A stretch of 42,821 nt of DNA from Kofleriaceae bacterium (GTDB lineage: Bacteria; Myxococcota_A; Polyangia; Haliangiales; Haliangiaceae), in the NCBI GenBank assembly GCA_046597055.1, contig JBKJLC010000017.1:1-42821 (forward strand), read 5' to 3'. Positions 29,901 through 42,821 of the stretch are shown here, piece after piece. The position numbers and the translations under genes were made by a program. The notes beneath the pieces were generated by a model that worked only from the letters and a program-made list of their open reading frames with translations, searched no databases and was not told the origin of the DNA. How positions within the stretch are numbered: position 1 is the first letter of the stretch; each line of letters starts with the position of its first letter.

Positions 29901-32900
29901 CGGTGCGGGCAACGCCGGCGCGGCCGTGGGGATCCTCGGCGACCCGATCGAGCAGGCGCCGGTAGACCGCGTGGGCCCGCGCCGGCTGACCCAGCCGATC
30001 CTCGAGCACCCAGGCCGCCTCGCGCAGCGCGCGCGCGACCTCGGGCCCATCCCCCAGGCCGTCGGCCTCGGCCACCAGCGCCTCGGCGAGCTCGTCCCAG
30101 CGACCCAGCCGGCGCAGCACGGCGCGCAGCGCGGCGCGCGCGAACCCGTCGTCGGGCCACAGCGCCAAGGTCGCCCGGTACAGCTCGACCGCGCGCTCGC
30201 CGTGGCCGAGCGTCTCGGCCAGCCGGGCCGCCGTGACCAGCGCGTGGCCCTTGCGCGACGACTCGGACTCGCGCTCGGCGAGCACGACCAGGTGCGCGAG
30301 CCGCTGCTCGGGTTTGCCCAGCTCGTCGAGCGCGGCGTCGATCCGCCAGCCGGTGGTGAGGTCCTCAGGCTCGGCGAGGAACCGGCGCTGGTCGACCGCC
30401 AGCGCATCCTCCATCCGACCATGGCTGCGGTACAGCCGTCCCAGCCGGGCGAGCAGCGGGTGGCCCGCGCTCGGGGCGCCGCTGGCGCCGCCCGCGAGCG
30501 CGGTCTCGATCGCGGTGGCCGCCTCGTCGACGCGGCCGGCGCGCTCGTGCAGATCGATCAGCACCTCGAGCGCGATCGGATCGCGCGGATCGAACGCGAG
30601 CGCGCGGTCGAGCGCGGCGCGGGCGGCGAGATCGCCGCGCTCGCCGCCGACCTCGTCTTTCCAGACCACCGCGGCCGCGACGTAGGCCGCGGCGGCCGCC
30701 GCCGGATCGACCACCGGCGTGCCGGCGCCGACGTCGGCGCCGACCTGCAGCGCATCACCCGCGCGGCTCCAGGCCTCGGCCAGCGCGGCGAAGTCGAGCG
30801 CGCCCAGCGCGTCGCGCTCGCGCAGCGCCGCGATCGGCGCCAGGCCGGGCGCGGTCGCCTCGAGGCTCGCGAGCAGCGCGAGCGCGGTCTCGCGCTGACC
30901 GCCACGCAGGAGCGCATCGGCGCGCCGCAGCGACAGCGTGAGCGCCCGCCGGGGATCGCCCTCGATCGCTTGCCAGCTCTGCACCAGCTCGGCGAGCTCG
31001 TCGTAGCGACCGAGATCCTCGGCGAGATCGGCGAGATCGGCCAGCAGCAGCGGCCGGCCCGGTGCCAGCGCGATGCCGGCCTGCAGGTAGTTCCACGCCT
31101 GCTCGCTGTCGCCGGCGGTGCGCGCGACCTGAGCCTGCCGGCGGCGGACCGCCACCACCTTCAGGCGCAGCGCGGCCCCGCGCGACGGCGCCACCCCGGG
31201 CTCGCTCGGCGCCAGCGTGTCGTCGGGAGCGCCGGCCGGACCCGAGCGCGCGATCAGCAGCGTCGCCTGGACGTCGAGCGCGGCCAGCAGCTCGTCGGCG
31301 TCGCCGGCGAGCTCGGCGACCCGCAGCCGCTCGAGCACGACCCGCTCGGGATCGACGCCGAGCGCGGTCGCCTCGACCACCAGGTCGCGCGCGCGATCGA
31401 GATCGCTGCCCTGATCGATCCAGAACCGGATCTGATCGAGGAGGTAGGACAGCTTGCGCTCGGGCCGGGTCGAGGCCTGCGCCAGCTGCGCCCACAGCTC
31501 GACCAGCCGGGCGTGATCGCCCTCGGCGGCGGCGATCCGCTCGAGTGCGTACAGCGGCGTCAGCGCGGCCGGATCGAGGTGGACCGCCTCTTCCAGCGCG
31601 CTGCGGGCGTCGTCGGTCTGGCCCAGCTTGTCGGCGAGGACCGCCGCCTTTTCTGCCAGCAGGTCGGCCCGCTCGCGGTCGTCGGCGGCGAAGCGCGCCT
31701 CGGCATCGAGCAGCTTGATCAGGTTGGGCCACAGCGCGCGCCGGTAGAACACGCGCCGGATCGCCCACAGGTTGGCGCGCAGCGACGGGTCGCTGGCCAG
31801 GGCCCGACCGAATGCCTTGACCGCGCGGGCCTCGTCGGCGAGCCGGCGCTCGCACAGCTCGCCGAGCTCGTACGAAAGATCGGCGACGTGCTCGCGATCG
31901 CTGACCGCCTCGAGCGCGCGCGCGAGCTCGCTGGCCCGGGCCTCCCACGCGACGTCCCCGAGCTCCTGCTGCGCGCGATCGACCGCGGTCGGCCGCTCCA
32001 GCCGCTGCTCGATCGGCACGTCGACGACGATCGACGGCGTGCGCGGGCCGTCCTGAGACTGATCGAGCTCGACCTCGGACAGCTCGAGCGGGATCGGATC
32101 GGTGGTCTCCGGCGTGTACACGCCGACCTGCGCGACCGGGGCGCGCGACGCCGGCGCAGGCTCGGCCGCGACGTGGGTCGGGTCGCCGGAGCCCCCGAGG
32201 TCGAACTGGGGCAGCCGCGGCGCCGACCGTGGCGCCACGCTCGCAGGCGCGCGAGGCTGGTCATCGCGGGCGTCGACCGCGGGGCCGGGCGGCGGCATCG
32301 CGGGCATCGGCTGGCTGATCCCGGGCCGGGGCGGGATGACGGCGGCCACGCCGGCGCGCAGCGGCGCGCCAGGACGCGGCCGCGCCAGCGGCGGCATCGG
32401 GATGTTCGGCCGCGGGATCGCGGGCGGCCCCGCCGGCCGCGGGGGGATCACCGGGCGCACCGGCGGCGCGTTCGACAGCGGCGCCGACTCGGCCTCGATG
32501 TCGTCGAGCGACAGCTCCTCGACGCCCTCGCCGAGCTCGGGCACGGCCTCGAGGTCGGGCGCGCCCGGCTCGGCCAGCTCAGGGAGCTCGTACGTGGCCG
32601 GGTCGTCGTCGCCCTCGGTGGTGCCACGATCGGCGGCGGCCGCGGCGACCCCGTCACCAAGCGGTGGCGGCGCGAGCGCCGCGGCGTCGCGGCCGGTTTC
32701 GAGGATCCGGTCGCGGCGGTCGTCCTCATCGAGCGTCGGCGGGACGATCGCAGGATCGATCCCGGCCGCGCGCATCGATGCAAGGTAGCGGGCCGAGAGA
32801 TCGGGGTCGACCACCGAGGTCACCGCGCCGTCGATCGAGAGGTCCTCGTCCACGATCAACTCGGGCACGACGCCGGGCATCTGCTCGTCGTCCAGGGTTT

Positions 32901-33189
32901 CGACCGGCTGCGGCACCGCGTCGCCGTCGAGCACCTGGGTCACGACCTCAGACTCGCCCGAGAAGTCGGTCTCGCCCGGGTGGGCCGAGCCGTTGCTCGA
33001 GCCGCCGCGGGCGGGAACCGCCTCGGGCTCGCCCTCGAAGTCCTCCATCATCGCGTCGATGCGCGAGGCGAGGCTGCCTGACCGCGACGGATCACCGGCC
33101 GGCCCGAGGCCCACGTCGAGCTCCTCGGGCTCGGCACCCGGGCCGGGCGCAGGCCGTCCGGTTCCGCCGGCATCGGGGGGAATCGCCAC
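26986..33189 (-). CDS. Giant TPR-repeat protein (about 2067 aa) with disordered acidic N-terminus
   Basis: TPR-like repeats; C-terminal [12 protein letters not shown]…[16 protein letters not shown] overlap with the downstream TPR gene. Start uncertain; GTG 33189 chosen to avoid overlap with hutH. Confidence 0.86.
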   Translation of the reverse strand: MAIPPDAGGTGRPAPGPGAEPEELDVGLGPAGDPSRSGSLASRIDAMMEDFEGEPEAVPARGGSSNGSAHPGETDFSGESEVVTQVLDGDAVPQPVETLDDEQMPGVVPELIVDEDLSIDGAVTSVVDPDLSARYLASMRAAGIDPAIVPPTLDEDDRRDRILETGRDAAALAPPPLGDGVAAAAADRGTTEGDDDPATYELPELAEPGAPDLEAVPELGEGVEELSLDDIEAESAPLSNAPPVRPVIPPRPAGPPAIPRPNIPMPPLARPRPGAPLRAGVAAVIPPRPGISQPMPAMPPPGPAVDARDDQPRAPASVAPRSAPRLPQFDLGGSGDPTHVAAEPAPASRAPVAQVGVYTPETTDPIPLELSEVELDQSQDGPRTPSIVVDVPIEQRLERPTAVDRAQQELGDVAWEARASELARALEAVSDREHVADLSYELGELCERRLADEARAVKAFGRALASDPSLRANLWAIRRVFYRRALWPNLIKLLDAEARFAADDRERADLLAEKAAVLADKLGQTDDARSALEEAVHLDPAALTPLYALERIAAAEGDHARLVELWAQLAQASTRPERKLSYLLDQIRFWIDQGSDLDRARDLVVEATALGVDPERVVLERLRVAELAGDADELLAALDVQATLLIARSGPAGAPDDTLAPSEPGVAPSRGAALRLKVVAVRRRQAQVARTAGDSEQAWNYLQAGIALAPGRPLLLADLADLAEDLGRYDELAELVQSWQAIEGDPRRALTLSLRRADALLRGGQRETALALLASLEATAPGLAPIAALRERDALGALDFAALAEAWSRAGDALQVGADVGAGTPVVDPAAAAAAYVAAAVVWKDEVGGERGDLAARAALDRALAFDPRDPIALEVLIDLHERAGRVDEAATAIETALAGGASGAPSAGHPLLARLGRLYRSHGRMEDALAVDQRRFLAEPEDLTTGWRIDAALDELGKPEQRLAHLVVLAERESESSRKGHALVTAARLAETLGHGERAVELYRATLALWPDDGFARAALRAVLRRLGRWDELAEALVAEADGLGDGPEVARALREAAWVLEDRLGQPARAHAVYRRLLDRVAEDPHGRAGVARTAAAAGDLASGLRALETIADDATGALAAPAVIALADAHERAAAAGDGSVSDEAVDAYRRALEVAEPGAVSGALAALASIDLAVRRGDSAGRAGATRALAERTSDPGLAAALHEDLGWLYALVLEDFDQAAAAFTAAIAAAPASPGALLGAALVAARRQDPAGLAHAYAQLAAATSMPEAAAALHLRSAAMATAAGEHDAALVRVGAARAVAPDDVGALLVAAEQSVGASPLAAGEDSSSAVDRLLGRAEVLAMRAALADDPAARDGWELDRAESLEAAGRLKEAGAVIAGVLRGNAGDLRALAALRRVARRGGDRATMAQAAIALAQRTADLDAKRELYIEAAAVLDPGAAGAAGGPGDAASAAAAVAIYRRILADEPGSPVFARLRDLLQLGQDVRGLILALGDRLAWVDGGGGTVEDGVPLLLERAQIRRALRDVRGAGTDLDELLKREPAHPEALRLRAQAALELGDAPRAADLWRRYLAAERPGGANAARRAEAELVLARILAEDMGDVAGAIEQVERIIAQTPDDVGLRERLVGLATRGENWDKVARELRELARLRPSPGERAKDELRLGQLLRDRQRDRAGARAAFERGRELDPLNLELLRELAELARAERPAAGAEVLARGIADLRAALGRSPDVAGAIVIYDRLAQAFAWLGDRDGQWLALAALEALSAPTAEQRAVLAAGRAPPASPPSRHLLDAGARNALRAPGGGGVLGDLWRLATPAVTAAVGVDPAKLGFGRGDKVALKALGQGALKKYEGLAAALASLTVDNCELYVSEARAGTARVLSGESSVLCIGGDVAAGTTALARFQLGRAAWLAADRTGTLIDLKDAEIGWYLVAAVRAAELPVPAALAELVAGDDANVAERTRLVAKHLARRDKKAIQALGARLLEIRDVAGWRRAVAAASQRAGLLFAGDLGVVLGAMDVGRGGRDVATDPGALDLTAWSVSAEHLELRRQRQLALGVAK

Positions 33190-33310
33190 CGGTCCTAGAT
33201 CATCACCGCCAACCTGCCGCGTCAACGGAACCCGCCGAGATTCCGTCGCTTCTCGCCAGCACGCGCCCGCGACCGTTGCATCCCACCTCGCGCGTCGATA
33301 CACCACGACG

Positions 33311-34879
<1,569 letters not shown>

Positions 34880-34902
34880 CCCTCCTCTCCGCCGAGGCTC
34901 CC

Positions 34903-36570
34903 ATGTCCGAGATCATCCGCGCGCCCCGAGGCTCGACCCTGACGTGCAAGGGCTGGCCGCAAGAGGCGGCGCTCCGCATGCTGATGAACAACCTCGATCC
35001 CGAGGTCGCCGAGCGCCCGGAGGACCTGGTCGTCTACGGCGGCACCGGCAAGGCGGCGCGGTCGTGGGATGACCTGCGGATCATCCAGCGCGAGCTGCGC
35101 GCGCTCGGCAACGACGAGACCCTGCTGGTCCAGTCGGGTCGCGCCGTCGGCGTGTTCAAGACTCACGAGGACGCGCCGCGGGTGCTGCTCGCCAACTCCA
35201 ACCTGGTCGGCAAGTGGGCGACCTGGGAGCACTTCCGCGAGCTCGACCGCAAGGGCCTCATCATGTACGGCCAGATGACCGCGGGGTCCTGGATCTACAT
35301 TGGCACCCAGGGGATCCTGCAGGGCACCTACGAGACCTTCATGGCCGCGGCCCACACCCACTACGGCCCGCAGGTGGATCTCACCGGCAAGCTGGTGCTC
35401 ACCGCGGGCCTGGGCGGGATGGGCGGCGCCCAGCCGCTGGCGGTCACCATGGCCGGGGGCGTGTGCCTCGCGATCGAGGTCGACCCGACCCGGATCCAGC
35501 GCCGGCTCGACCACCGCTACCTCGACGAGTGGGCCGACAGCCTCGATGACGGGCTGGCCCGCGCGGCCCGGCACACCGCGGCCGGCACCCCGCGCTCGAT
35601 CGGCGTCACCGGCAACGCCGCCGACGTCTACGCCGAGCTGGTCCGCCGGGGCGTCATCGCCGACCTGGTCACTGACCAGACCGCGGCCCACGACCCGCTC
35701 AACGGCTACATCCCGCAGGGCTACACGCTCGACGAGGCGGCCGCGCTGCGTGTCCGAGATCCGGACGACTACATCGCGCGGGCCCGGGCCGCGATGGCGG
35801 TCCAGGTCACCGCCATGCTGGCGATGAAGGCCGCCGGCGCCCACGTCTTCGACTACGGCAACAACCTGCGCGCCGAGGCCGAGATCGCCGGCGTGAAGGA
35901 CGCGTTCTCGTACCCCGGCTTCGTGCCGGCCTACATCCGGCCGCTGTTCTGCGAGGGCAAGGGCCCGTTCCGGTGGGCGGCCTTGTCGGGCGACCCCGAG
36001 GACATCCGGGTCACCGACGAGGCGGTGCTGGCCGAGCTGCCCGACGACGCCGCCCTGCACCGCTGGATCCGCATGGCCCAGGAGCGGGTCGCGTTCCAGG
36101 GCCTGCCCGCCCGCATCTGCTGGCTCGGCTACGGCGAGCGCGACCGGGTCGGCCTGCGCTTCAACGAGCTGGTGCGGACCGGCAAGGTCAAGGCGCCGAT
36201 CGTGATCGGCCGCGATCACCTGGACGCCGGCTCGGTCGCCTCGCCCAACCGCGAGACCGAGGCCATGAAGGACGGCTCCGACGCGATCGCCGACTGGGCG
36301 ATCCTCAATGCCCTCGTCAACACCGCGGCCGGCGCCACCTGGGTGTCATTCCACCACGGCGGCGGCGTCGGCATGGGCTACTCGCTCCACGCCGGCATGG
36401 TCGTCGTCGCCGACGGCACCGAGCGCGCCGCCCGCTGCCTGGCCCGGGTCCTGCGCAGCGACCCCGGCATGGGCATCCTGCGCCACGCCGACGCGGGCTA
36501 CGACGAGGCCCTCACCGCCGCCGACGAGCGCGGCGTCCGCATCCCCCGGCGCACAGCACCCGACCAGTGA
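34903..36570 (+). CDS. hutU: Urocanate hydratase
   Basis: [49 protein letters not shown]. Confidence 0.98.
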   Translation: MSEIIRAPRGSTLTCKGWPQEAALRMLMNNLDPEVAERPEDLVVYGGTGKAARSWDDLRIIQRELRALGNDETLLVQSGRAVGVFKTHEDAPRVLLANSNLVGKWATWEHFRELDRKGLIMYGQMTAGSWIYIGTQGILQGTYETFMAAAHTHYGPQVDLTGKLVLTAGLGGMGGAQPLAVTMAGGVCLAIEVDPTRIQRRLDHRYLDEWADSLDDGLARAARHTAAGTPRSIGVTGNAADVYAELVRRGVIADLVTDQTAAHDPLNGYIPQGYTLDEAAALRVRDPDDYIARARAAMAVQVTAMLAMKAAGAHVFDYGNNLRAEAEIAGVKDAFSYPGFVPAYIRPLFCEGKGPFRWAALSGDPEDIRVTDEAVLAELPDDAALHRWIRMAQERVAFQGLPARICWLGYGERDRVGLRFNELVRTGKVKAPIVIGRDHLDAGSVASPNRETEAMKDGSDAIADWAILNALVNTAAGATWVSFHHGGGVGMGYSLHAGMVVVADGTERAARCLARVLRSDPGMGILRHADAGYDEALTAADERGVRIPRRTAPDQ

Positions 36571-36716
36571 GGCGCCGGGAGCCGGCACGGCCCCGTCCAG
36601 CGGACGCGATCGGCCGGCGCCAGCGCCACGCTACCTGGCCCCCCCCAGCCCAGGTCATTTGACCCCGGCGCGGTTCTCCCACATCGCCGGATCCATGACC
36701 TGCACGCGCGGAGCGG

Positions 36717-36733
36717 CGGCACGGCGCTCGCAT
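36717..36733 (+). promoter_or_regulatory. Putative sigma54 promoter of VWA lipoprotein gene
   Basis: CGGCACGGCGCTCGCAT (GGCACG…GCA, GG-N10-GC); 15 nt from ATG 36746. Confidence 0.55.
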
Positions 36734-36745
36734 GGCCGCGCCGTC

Positions 36746-37921
36746 ATGGAAGCTCGGAACGTGACCCCCCTCGGCTGGATGGTCTTCGTGATGGTGGCCG
36801 CCTGCGGCGGCGATGGCGGCGGCGGCAGCGGGACGCCGTGCACTGGCCCGACCGACTGCCCGGCCGCCGAGGTGTGCGTCAACGGCGCCTGCGAGACCGC
36901 GCCGACCTGCGAGTGCGAGGCCGGGCAGTTCTGCGCGACCAACGGCGCCTGTATCCCCGACGGGACCTGCGCCACCAACGGCGACTGCACGCCGGGGATG
37001 ATCTGCGACCCCAGCTCGGTGTGCGTCCCCGGCGGCGAGTGCGGCGCGACCGAGGTGAGCATCACCCCGGTGCCACCCAACCTCCTGGTGGTGCTCGACC
37101 GCTCGTGCTCGATGCGCAGCAACGTCGCCGGGACCCCCAAGTGGACTGCGGCGGTGGGGGCCATCAACCAGCTCACCACCGGCTTCACCGGCGACATCCG
37201 CTGGGGCCTGTCGCTGTTTCCCGACATCACCGGCGACAGCTGCGGCCAGGACACCATCTCGGTGCCGGTCGCGGCGGGCACCGAGGCCAGCATCCAGGGC
37301 CTGCTCACCGCCTCGCTGGCGACCAGCGATCCGAACTACCCCGACGGGCCGTGCGTCACCAACATCGACTCGGCCATGCGGCAGGCGGCCGCCGAGCCGG
37401 CGCTCGACGACCCCACCCGCCAGAGCTTCGTCATGCTGATCACCGACGGCATGCAGGCGGGCTGTAGCCTGGCCGGCGGCGACGACGGCACCGAGCGGAT
37501 CATCCGCAACCTCAACACGATGCGCGACGTGAAGACCTTCGTGGTCGGCTTCGGCGGCGGCGAGGACCAGGCCCAGATGGACGCGTTCGCGGTCGCAGGC
37601 AGCACCGCCCTGGGTCAGAGCCCGCGTTACTATCGGGCCGGCGACGCCGCCGCGCTCGAGACCGCGCTCGGCGACATCGCCGATCTTGTCATCGGCTGTG
37701 ACTTCGCGCTGACCGACCCGCCCGAGGACATCGCCGGGCTCTACGCCTTCTTCAACAACCTCACCTCGGTGCCGCGCGATCCCGGCCACCTGAACGGCTG
37801 GGACTACGACCCGGCGACGATGACGCTCACGTTCTACGGCGGCTTCTGCGATCAGCTCAGCTCGGGCGCGGTCACCGACGTCGACATCGTCTACGGCTGC
37901 GCCGGCCCGACCCCGGACTGA
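36746..37921 (+). CDS. Cys-rich VWA-domain lipoprotein, 391 aa
   Basis: Lipobox MVAAC; Cys-rich repeats; MIDAS LDRSCSM, MLITDG, TFVVGF; C-terminal GWDYD…FYGGFC domain. Confidence 0.88.
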   Translation: MEARNVTPLGWMVFVMVAACGGDGGGGSGTPCTGPTDCPAAEVCVNGACETAPTCECEAGQFCATNGACIPDGTCATNGDCTPGMICDPSSVCVPGGECGATEVSITPVPPNLLVVLDRSCSMRSNVAGTPKWTAAVGAINQLTTGFTGDIRWGLSLFPDITGDSCGQDTISVPVAAGTEASIQGLLTASLATSDPNYPDGPCVTNIDSAMRQAAAEPALDDPTRQSFVMLITDGMQAGCSLAGGDDGTERIIRNLNTMRDVKTFVVGFGGGEDQAQMDAFAVAGSTALGQSPRYYRAGDAAALETALGDIADLVIGCDFALTDPPEDIAGLYAFFNNLTSVPRDPGHLNGWDYDPATMTLTFYGGFCDQLSSGAVTDVDIVYGCAGPTPD

Positions 37922-38050
37922 AGAAGTGACCGCGGTGGTCAGGCCGAGCTGACGAGCAGGGTGAAGGGCTCGACCAGCGGCGGGCTCGCAAAGAACGGCC
38001 CGACGATGGCGCGCCACTGCGCCGACGGGGCGCTGGCTATGCACCGCGAA

Positions 38051-39298
38051 ATGCGGGATGACTTCGAGCCAGTGAGCGGCCTCCGGCCTGTCCCCATGCT
38101 GCTGCACGGTGGTCGCGTGATGACCTGCGCGGGCGGGGCCGCCGGGCCGCTGGGGATGATCGAGGACGGGGCGGTGCTGACCGCGGGCGGCCGGATCGCG
38201 TGGGTGGGCCCGACCGATCAGGCTGCTGGCGCGGCACGGGAGCTGGGAATCACGCCGGGCGAGCGGGTCGCGCTGGCCGGGCGGCTGATCACGCCGGGGC
38301 TGGTCGACTGCCACACCCACGCGATCTTCGCGGGCGACCGGGCCGAGGAGTTCGCGCTGCGCGCGCGCGGGGCCGGCTACCTGGAGATCGCCCAGGCCGG
38401 GGGCGGGATCGCCGCGACCACCGGGCCGACCCGGGCCGCGTCAGACGACGAGCTGGCCCGGCTGACGATCGAGCGGCTGCTGGCGGCGCGCGCGACCGGG
38501 ACCACGACGATCGAGGTGAAGTCTGGGTACGACCTGACCGTCGCCGGCGAGCTGCGGCTGCTGCGGGTGCTGGCCACCGTGGCCGGGCGGGTGCCGATGG
38601 CGGTCGTGCCCACCCTGCTCTGCCACCTGATCCCGGCCGAGCGCCAGGCCGATCGCCGCGCGTACGTGGCGTCGCTCGCGCACGAGCTGATCCCGGCGGT
38701 GGCGGCGGCCGCGCTGGCCCGCTCGGTCGACATCTACTGCGACGAAGGCGCGTTCACGCTCGACGAGGCCGCGGCGATCCTCGGGGCCGCGCGCGCGCAC
38801 GGCCTGGCGGTGCGGGCTCACGTCGGCCAGTTTCGCGATCTGGGCGCGGCCGCCTTGTGCGCCGCGCTGGGCGCCTGGTCGGTCGACCACGTCGAGCAGG
38901 TGACGCCCGAGGCGATCGCCGCGCTCGCCGCCGCCGGCACGGTCGCGGTGATGCTGCCGGGCGCGTGCGTGCAGCTCCGGCTGCCGACGCCACCGGTCGC
39001 CGACCTGCGCGCCGCCGGCGTGCCGCTCGCGATCGCCACCGACCTCAACCCCGGCTCGAGCTACGCGTCCTCGCTGCCGCTCCAGATGTGGCTGGCGACG
39101 ACGCACTACGCCATGACGGTCGAGGAGGCGTGGCTCGGCGTCACCCGGATCGCGGCGCGAGCGCTCGGCCTGTCCGACCGCGGCGCCCTGGTCGCGGGCG
39201 CCCGCGCCGACCTGGTCGTGTGGAACGCGACGAGCCCGGCGGCGATCCCGTACCACTACGGCGCCAACCTGGTCGATCGCGTGTTCACCGCCGGGTGA
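38051..39298 (+). CDS. hutI: Imidazolonepropionase
   Basis: PGLVDCHTH, GGGI, GTTTIEVKSGY, DIYCDEGAF, SVDH, ATDLNPGSS; start uncertain (38039, 38051 or 38096). Confidence 0.95.
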   Translation: MRDDFEPVSGLRPVPMLLHGGRVMTCAGGAAGPLGMIEDGAVLTAGGRIAWVGPTDQAAGAARELGITPGERVALAGRLITPGLVDCHTHAIFAGDRAEEFALRARGAGYLEIAQAGGGIAATTGPTRAASDDELARLTIERLLAARATGTTTIEVKSGYDLTVAGELRLLRVLATVAGRVPMAVVPTLLCHLIPAERQADRRAYVASLAHELIPAVAAAALARSVDIYCDEGAFTLDEAAAILGAARAHGLAVRAHVGQFRDLGAAALCAALGAWSVDHVEQVTPEAIAALAAAGTVAVMLPGACVQLRLPTPPVADLRAAGVPLAIATDLNPGSSYASSLPLQMWLATTHYAMTVEEAWLGVTRIAARALGLSDRGALVAGARADLVVWNATSPAAIPYHYGANLVDRVFTAG

Positions 39299-39300
39299 AT

Positions 39301-39445
39301 GTCACGGAGCGGCAGTCACCGCGGCGTGACCCGTGCGGCGCCGCACTCGCCGCGCCGTGACGCACACATGTCGCTCCAGCGACATCGCCCCGAGATCATG
39401 CGGGTCTGGTTGCGCCCGCGGTGGCCACGCACTTGTCGCGCGACA
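39301..39445. other. Palindrome-dense intergenic element (branched stem-loop plus two TGTCGC/GCGACA inverted repeats)
   Basis: Base pairing read directly from the sequence (see findings); function unknown. Confidence 0.55.
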
Positions 39446-39477
39446 GCGGCCAGGAAGGTCGCTAGGATAGCGTCGAC

Positions 39478-39858
39478 ATGACCCGCCGCATCCTCCTGGT
39501 AGACGACGACATCGATGCCGCGGAGATCCTGCGCGACGTGCTCTCGCTGCGTGGCCACCTGGTCGAGATCGCGTTCGACGGCGAGGAGGCGCTTCGCTCG
39601 ATCCGAGCCCAGCGCCCCGAGCTGGTGCTGTGCGATCTCGGACTGCCCAAGCTCGACGGGATGGCGGTCGCGGCCGAGGTCCGCCGCGATCCCAGCCTCG
39701 ACGCCATCGTGATGGTCGCGCTCACCGGCTACGCCCGGCTCGAAGATCGCCACCGCGCCCTGGCCGGTGGCTTCGACGATCACGTCGGCAAGCCGCTCGA
39801 CAACGCCGCGCTCGACCGCGCGCTGCTCGCGACCCGCAGCACCGCCTCGCACGTCTGA
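39478..39858 (+). CDS. Single-domain response regulator (receiver)
   Basis: LVDDD, phospho-acceptor LCDLGLP, ALTG, KP. Confidence 0.95.
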   Translation: MTRRILLVDDDIDAAEILRDVLSLRGHLVEIAFDGEEALRSIRAQRPELVLCDLGLPKLDGMAVAAEVRRDPSLDAIVMVALTGYARLEDRHRALAGGFDDHVGKPLDNAALDRALLATRSTASHV

Positions 39859-39864
39859 GGCGCG

Positions 39865-40755
39865 GTGACGGCGGCGCTGCCCCCGGACCTCGCGGCCCGT
39901 GACGGCGAGGACGTCGAGGTCCTCGGCCGCTACGAGGCCTCGCACCTCGGTCGCCACCAGGCGATCGATCCGGCCGGCCGCCCCACCGCCTGGCTGTGCC
40001 GGCTCGAGCTCGACGTCGGTGGCTCGCTGCGCCTCGGCGGCCGCGACGACGGCGAGCGCGCGGCGCTGCTCGGCCGCACCGTCCGCGCCCGCGGTCGGCT
40101 GGTGATCGCCACGTCGCCGCGCCCGCCGCACCAGGCCGCGATGGACCCGGCGCCGACCCTGGCCGGCGCCACCGTCGAGCCGGCCGACGAGCTACCCCTG
40201 TTCGACCCGGTCCCGATCGGCCTCGCCGGGGAGCGCCGGATCGTCGAGGTGGTCGTCACCCACCTGCAGATGCGCTCGAACCGGAGCGGCGCCCTCGCAC
40301 CTGCGCCCGACCGGGTGCGCGTGATCCACGCCCGGCCGCCGGGGGTCCGCTTCTACCGCTATCTCTACGACGCGGTGGGCGCGCCGTGGCACTGGTACGA
40401 TCGCAAGCGGCGCTCGGACGCCGCGCTGGCCGCGGTCGTCGACCACCCGCAGGTCGAGGTCCACGTCGCGTACCGCCATGGCGTCCCCGCCGGCTACGTC
40501 GAGCTCGACCGCCGCGACCCGGGCCAGTGCGAGATCGTCTACTTCGGCCTGGTGCCCGAGGCGATCGGCCACGGCTTCGGCGGCTGGTTCCTGCGCTGGG
40601 GCATCCACCAGGCCTGGCGTGACGCGGCGCTGCAGCGGCTGTGGGTTCACACCTGCTCGCTCGACCACGCGTCGGCCCTGCCCGTCTATCAGAAGCTCGG
40701 CTTCGAGCCGTACGCGCACGAGCGGCACCGGCAGTACATCGCCGTCCCGCCCTGA
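39865..40755 (+). CDS. GNAT N-acetyltransferase with extra N-terminal domain of about 110 aa
   Basis: YRYLYDAVG..W.W..R, GYVELD, YFGLVPEAIGHGFG, WVHTCSLDH, YQKLGF. Confidence 0.88.
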   Translation: MTAALPPDLAARDGEDVEVLGRYEASHLGRHQAIDPAGRPTAWLCRLELDVGGSLRLGGRDDGERAALLGRTVRARGRLVIATSPRPPHQAAMDPAPTLAGATVEPADELPLFDPVPIGLAGERRIVEVVVTHLQMRSNRSGALAPAPDRVRVIHARPPGVRFYRYLYDAVGAPWHWYDRKRRSDAALAAVVDHPQVEVHVAYRHGVPAGYVELDRRDPGQCEIVYFGLVPEAIGHGFGGWFLRWGIHQAWRDAALQRLWVHTCSLDHASALPVYQKLGFEPYAHERHRQYIAVPP

Positions 40756-40876
40756 CCTGCGCGAGGCCCTGCGCCGGGCCGACCGCGTCCCGAAAGCAGC
40801 GCGGGGCGCCGGCGCGACCAGCCGGGTGGCTGGCAACGCGGGCGCCCCGGGCGGGGACGACGAAGCGGCCTGATGA

Positions 40877-42821
<1,945 letters not shown>

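Noticed and set aside
26812..33081. 2089-aa plus-strand ORF
   Set aside because: Antisense shadow of the TPR gene. It is Arg/Gly-rich with no motifs, as expected from stop-codon scarcity in high-GC DNA.
36571..36621. GGCGCCGG/CCGGCGCC inverted repeat after hutU as a terminator
   Set aside because: All-GC 8-mer with a long loop and no U-tract; compatible with chance at this GC content.

Overview
Very GC-rich (>70% by eye) bacterial DNA. The gene content points to a myxobacterium (inference, Haliangium/Kofleriaceae-like): Ser/Thr kinase with PEGA domain, giant TPR proteins, Cys-rich VWA and PPC lipoproteins, sigma54 activator. Layout: (1) 1-2.4 kb, four fused IS remnants (IS66, ISKra4, IS256, IS91-like) that cut into a YeeE/YedE gene. 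(2) 2.4-7.4 kb, a sigma54-controlled sulfane-sulfur module: YeeE, TauE, enhancer-binding protein, rhodanese, persulfide dioxygenase, broken USP, DUF302. (3) 7.4-33.2 kb, mostly minus strand: cytochrome c remnant, hydrolase, kinase, AMMECR1-like/helical-barrel membrane protein, three enzyme/adhesin-like lipoproteins and two coupled >2000-aa TPR proteins. (4) hutH-hutU-[VWA lipoprotein]-hutI. (5) A palindrome-dense intergenic element, response regulator, GNAT and a partial membrane pyrophosphatase. I saw no rRNA, tRNA or CRISPR array. The most notable signals not explained by the gene calls are: sigma54 -24/-12 motifs a near-fixed 14-15 nt from start codons plus TANNNT boxes (near-leaderless transcription), a three-way-junction element after hutI, an unannotated papain/NlpC-type Cys-His lipoprotein, and the TPR pair with repeated Thr motifs. 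All family calls come from motif recognition by eye; no database searches were run.
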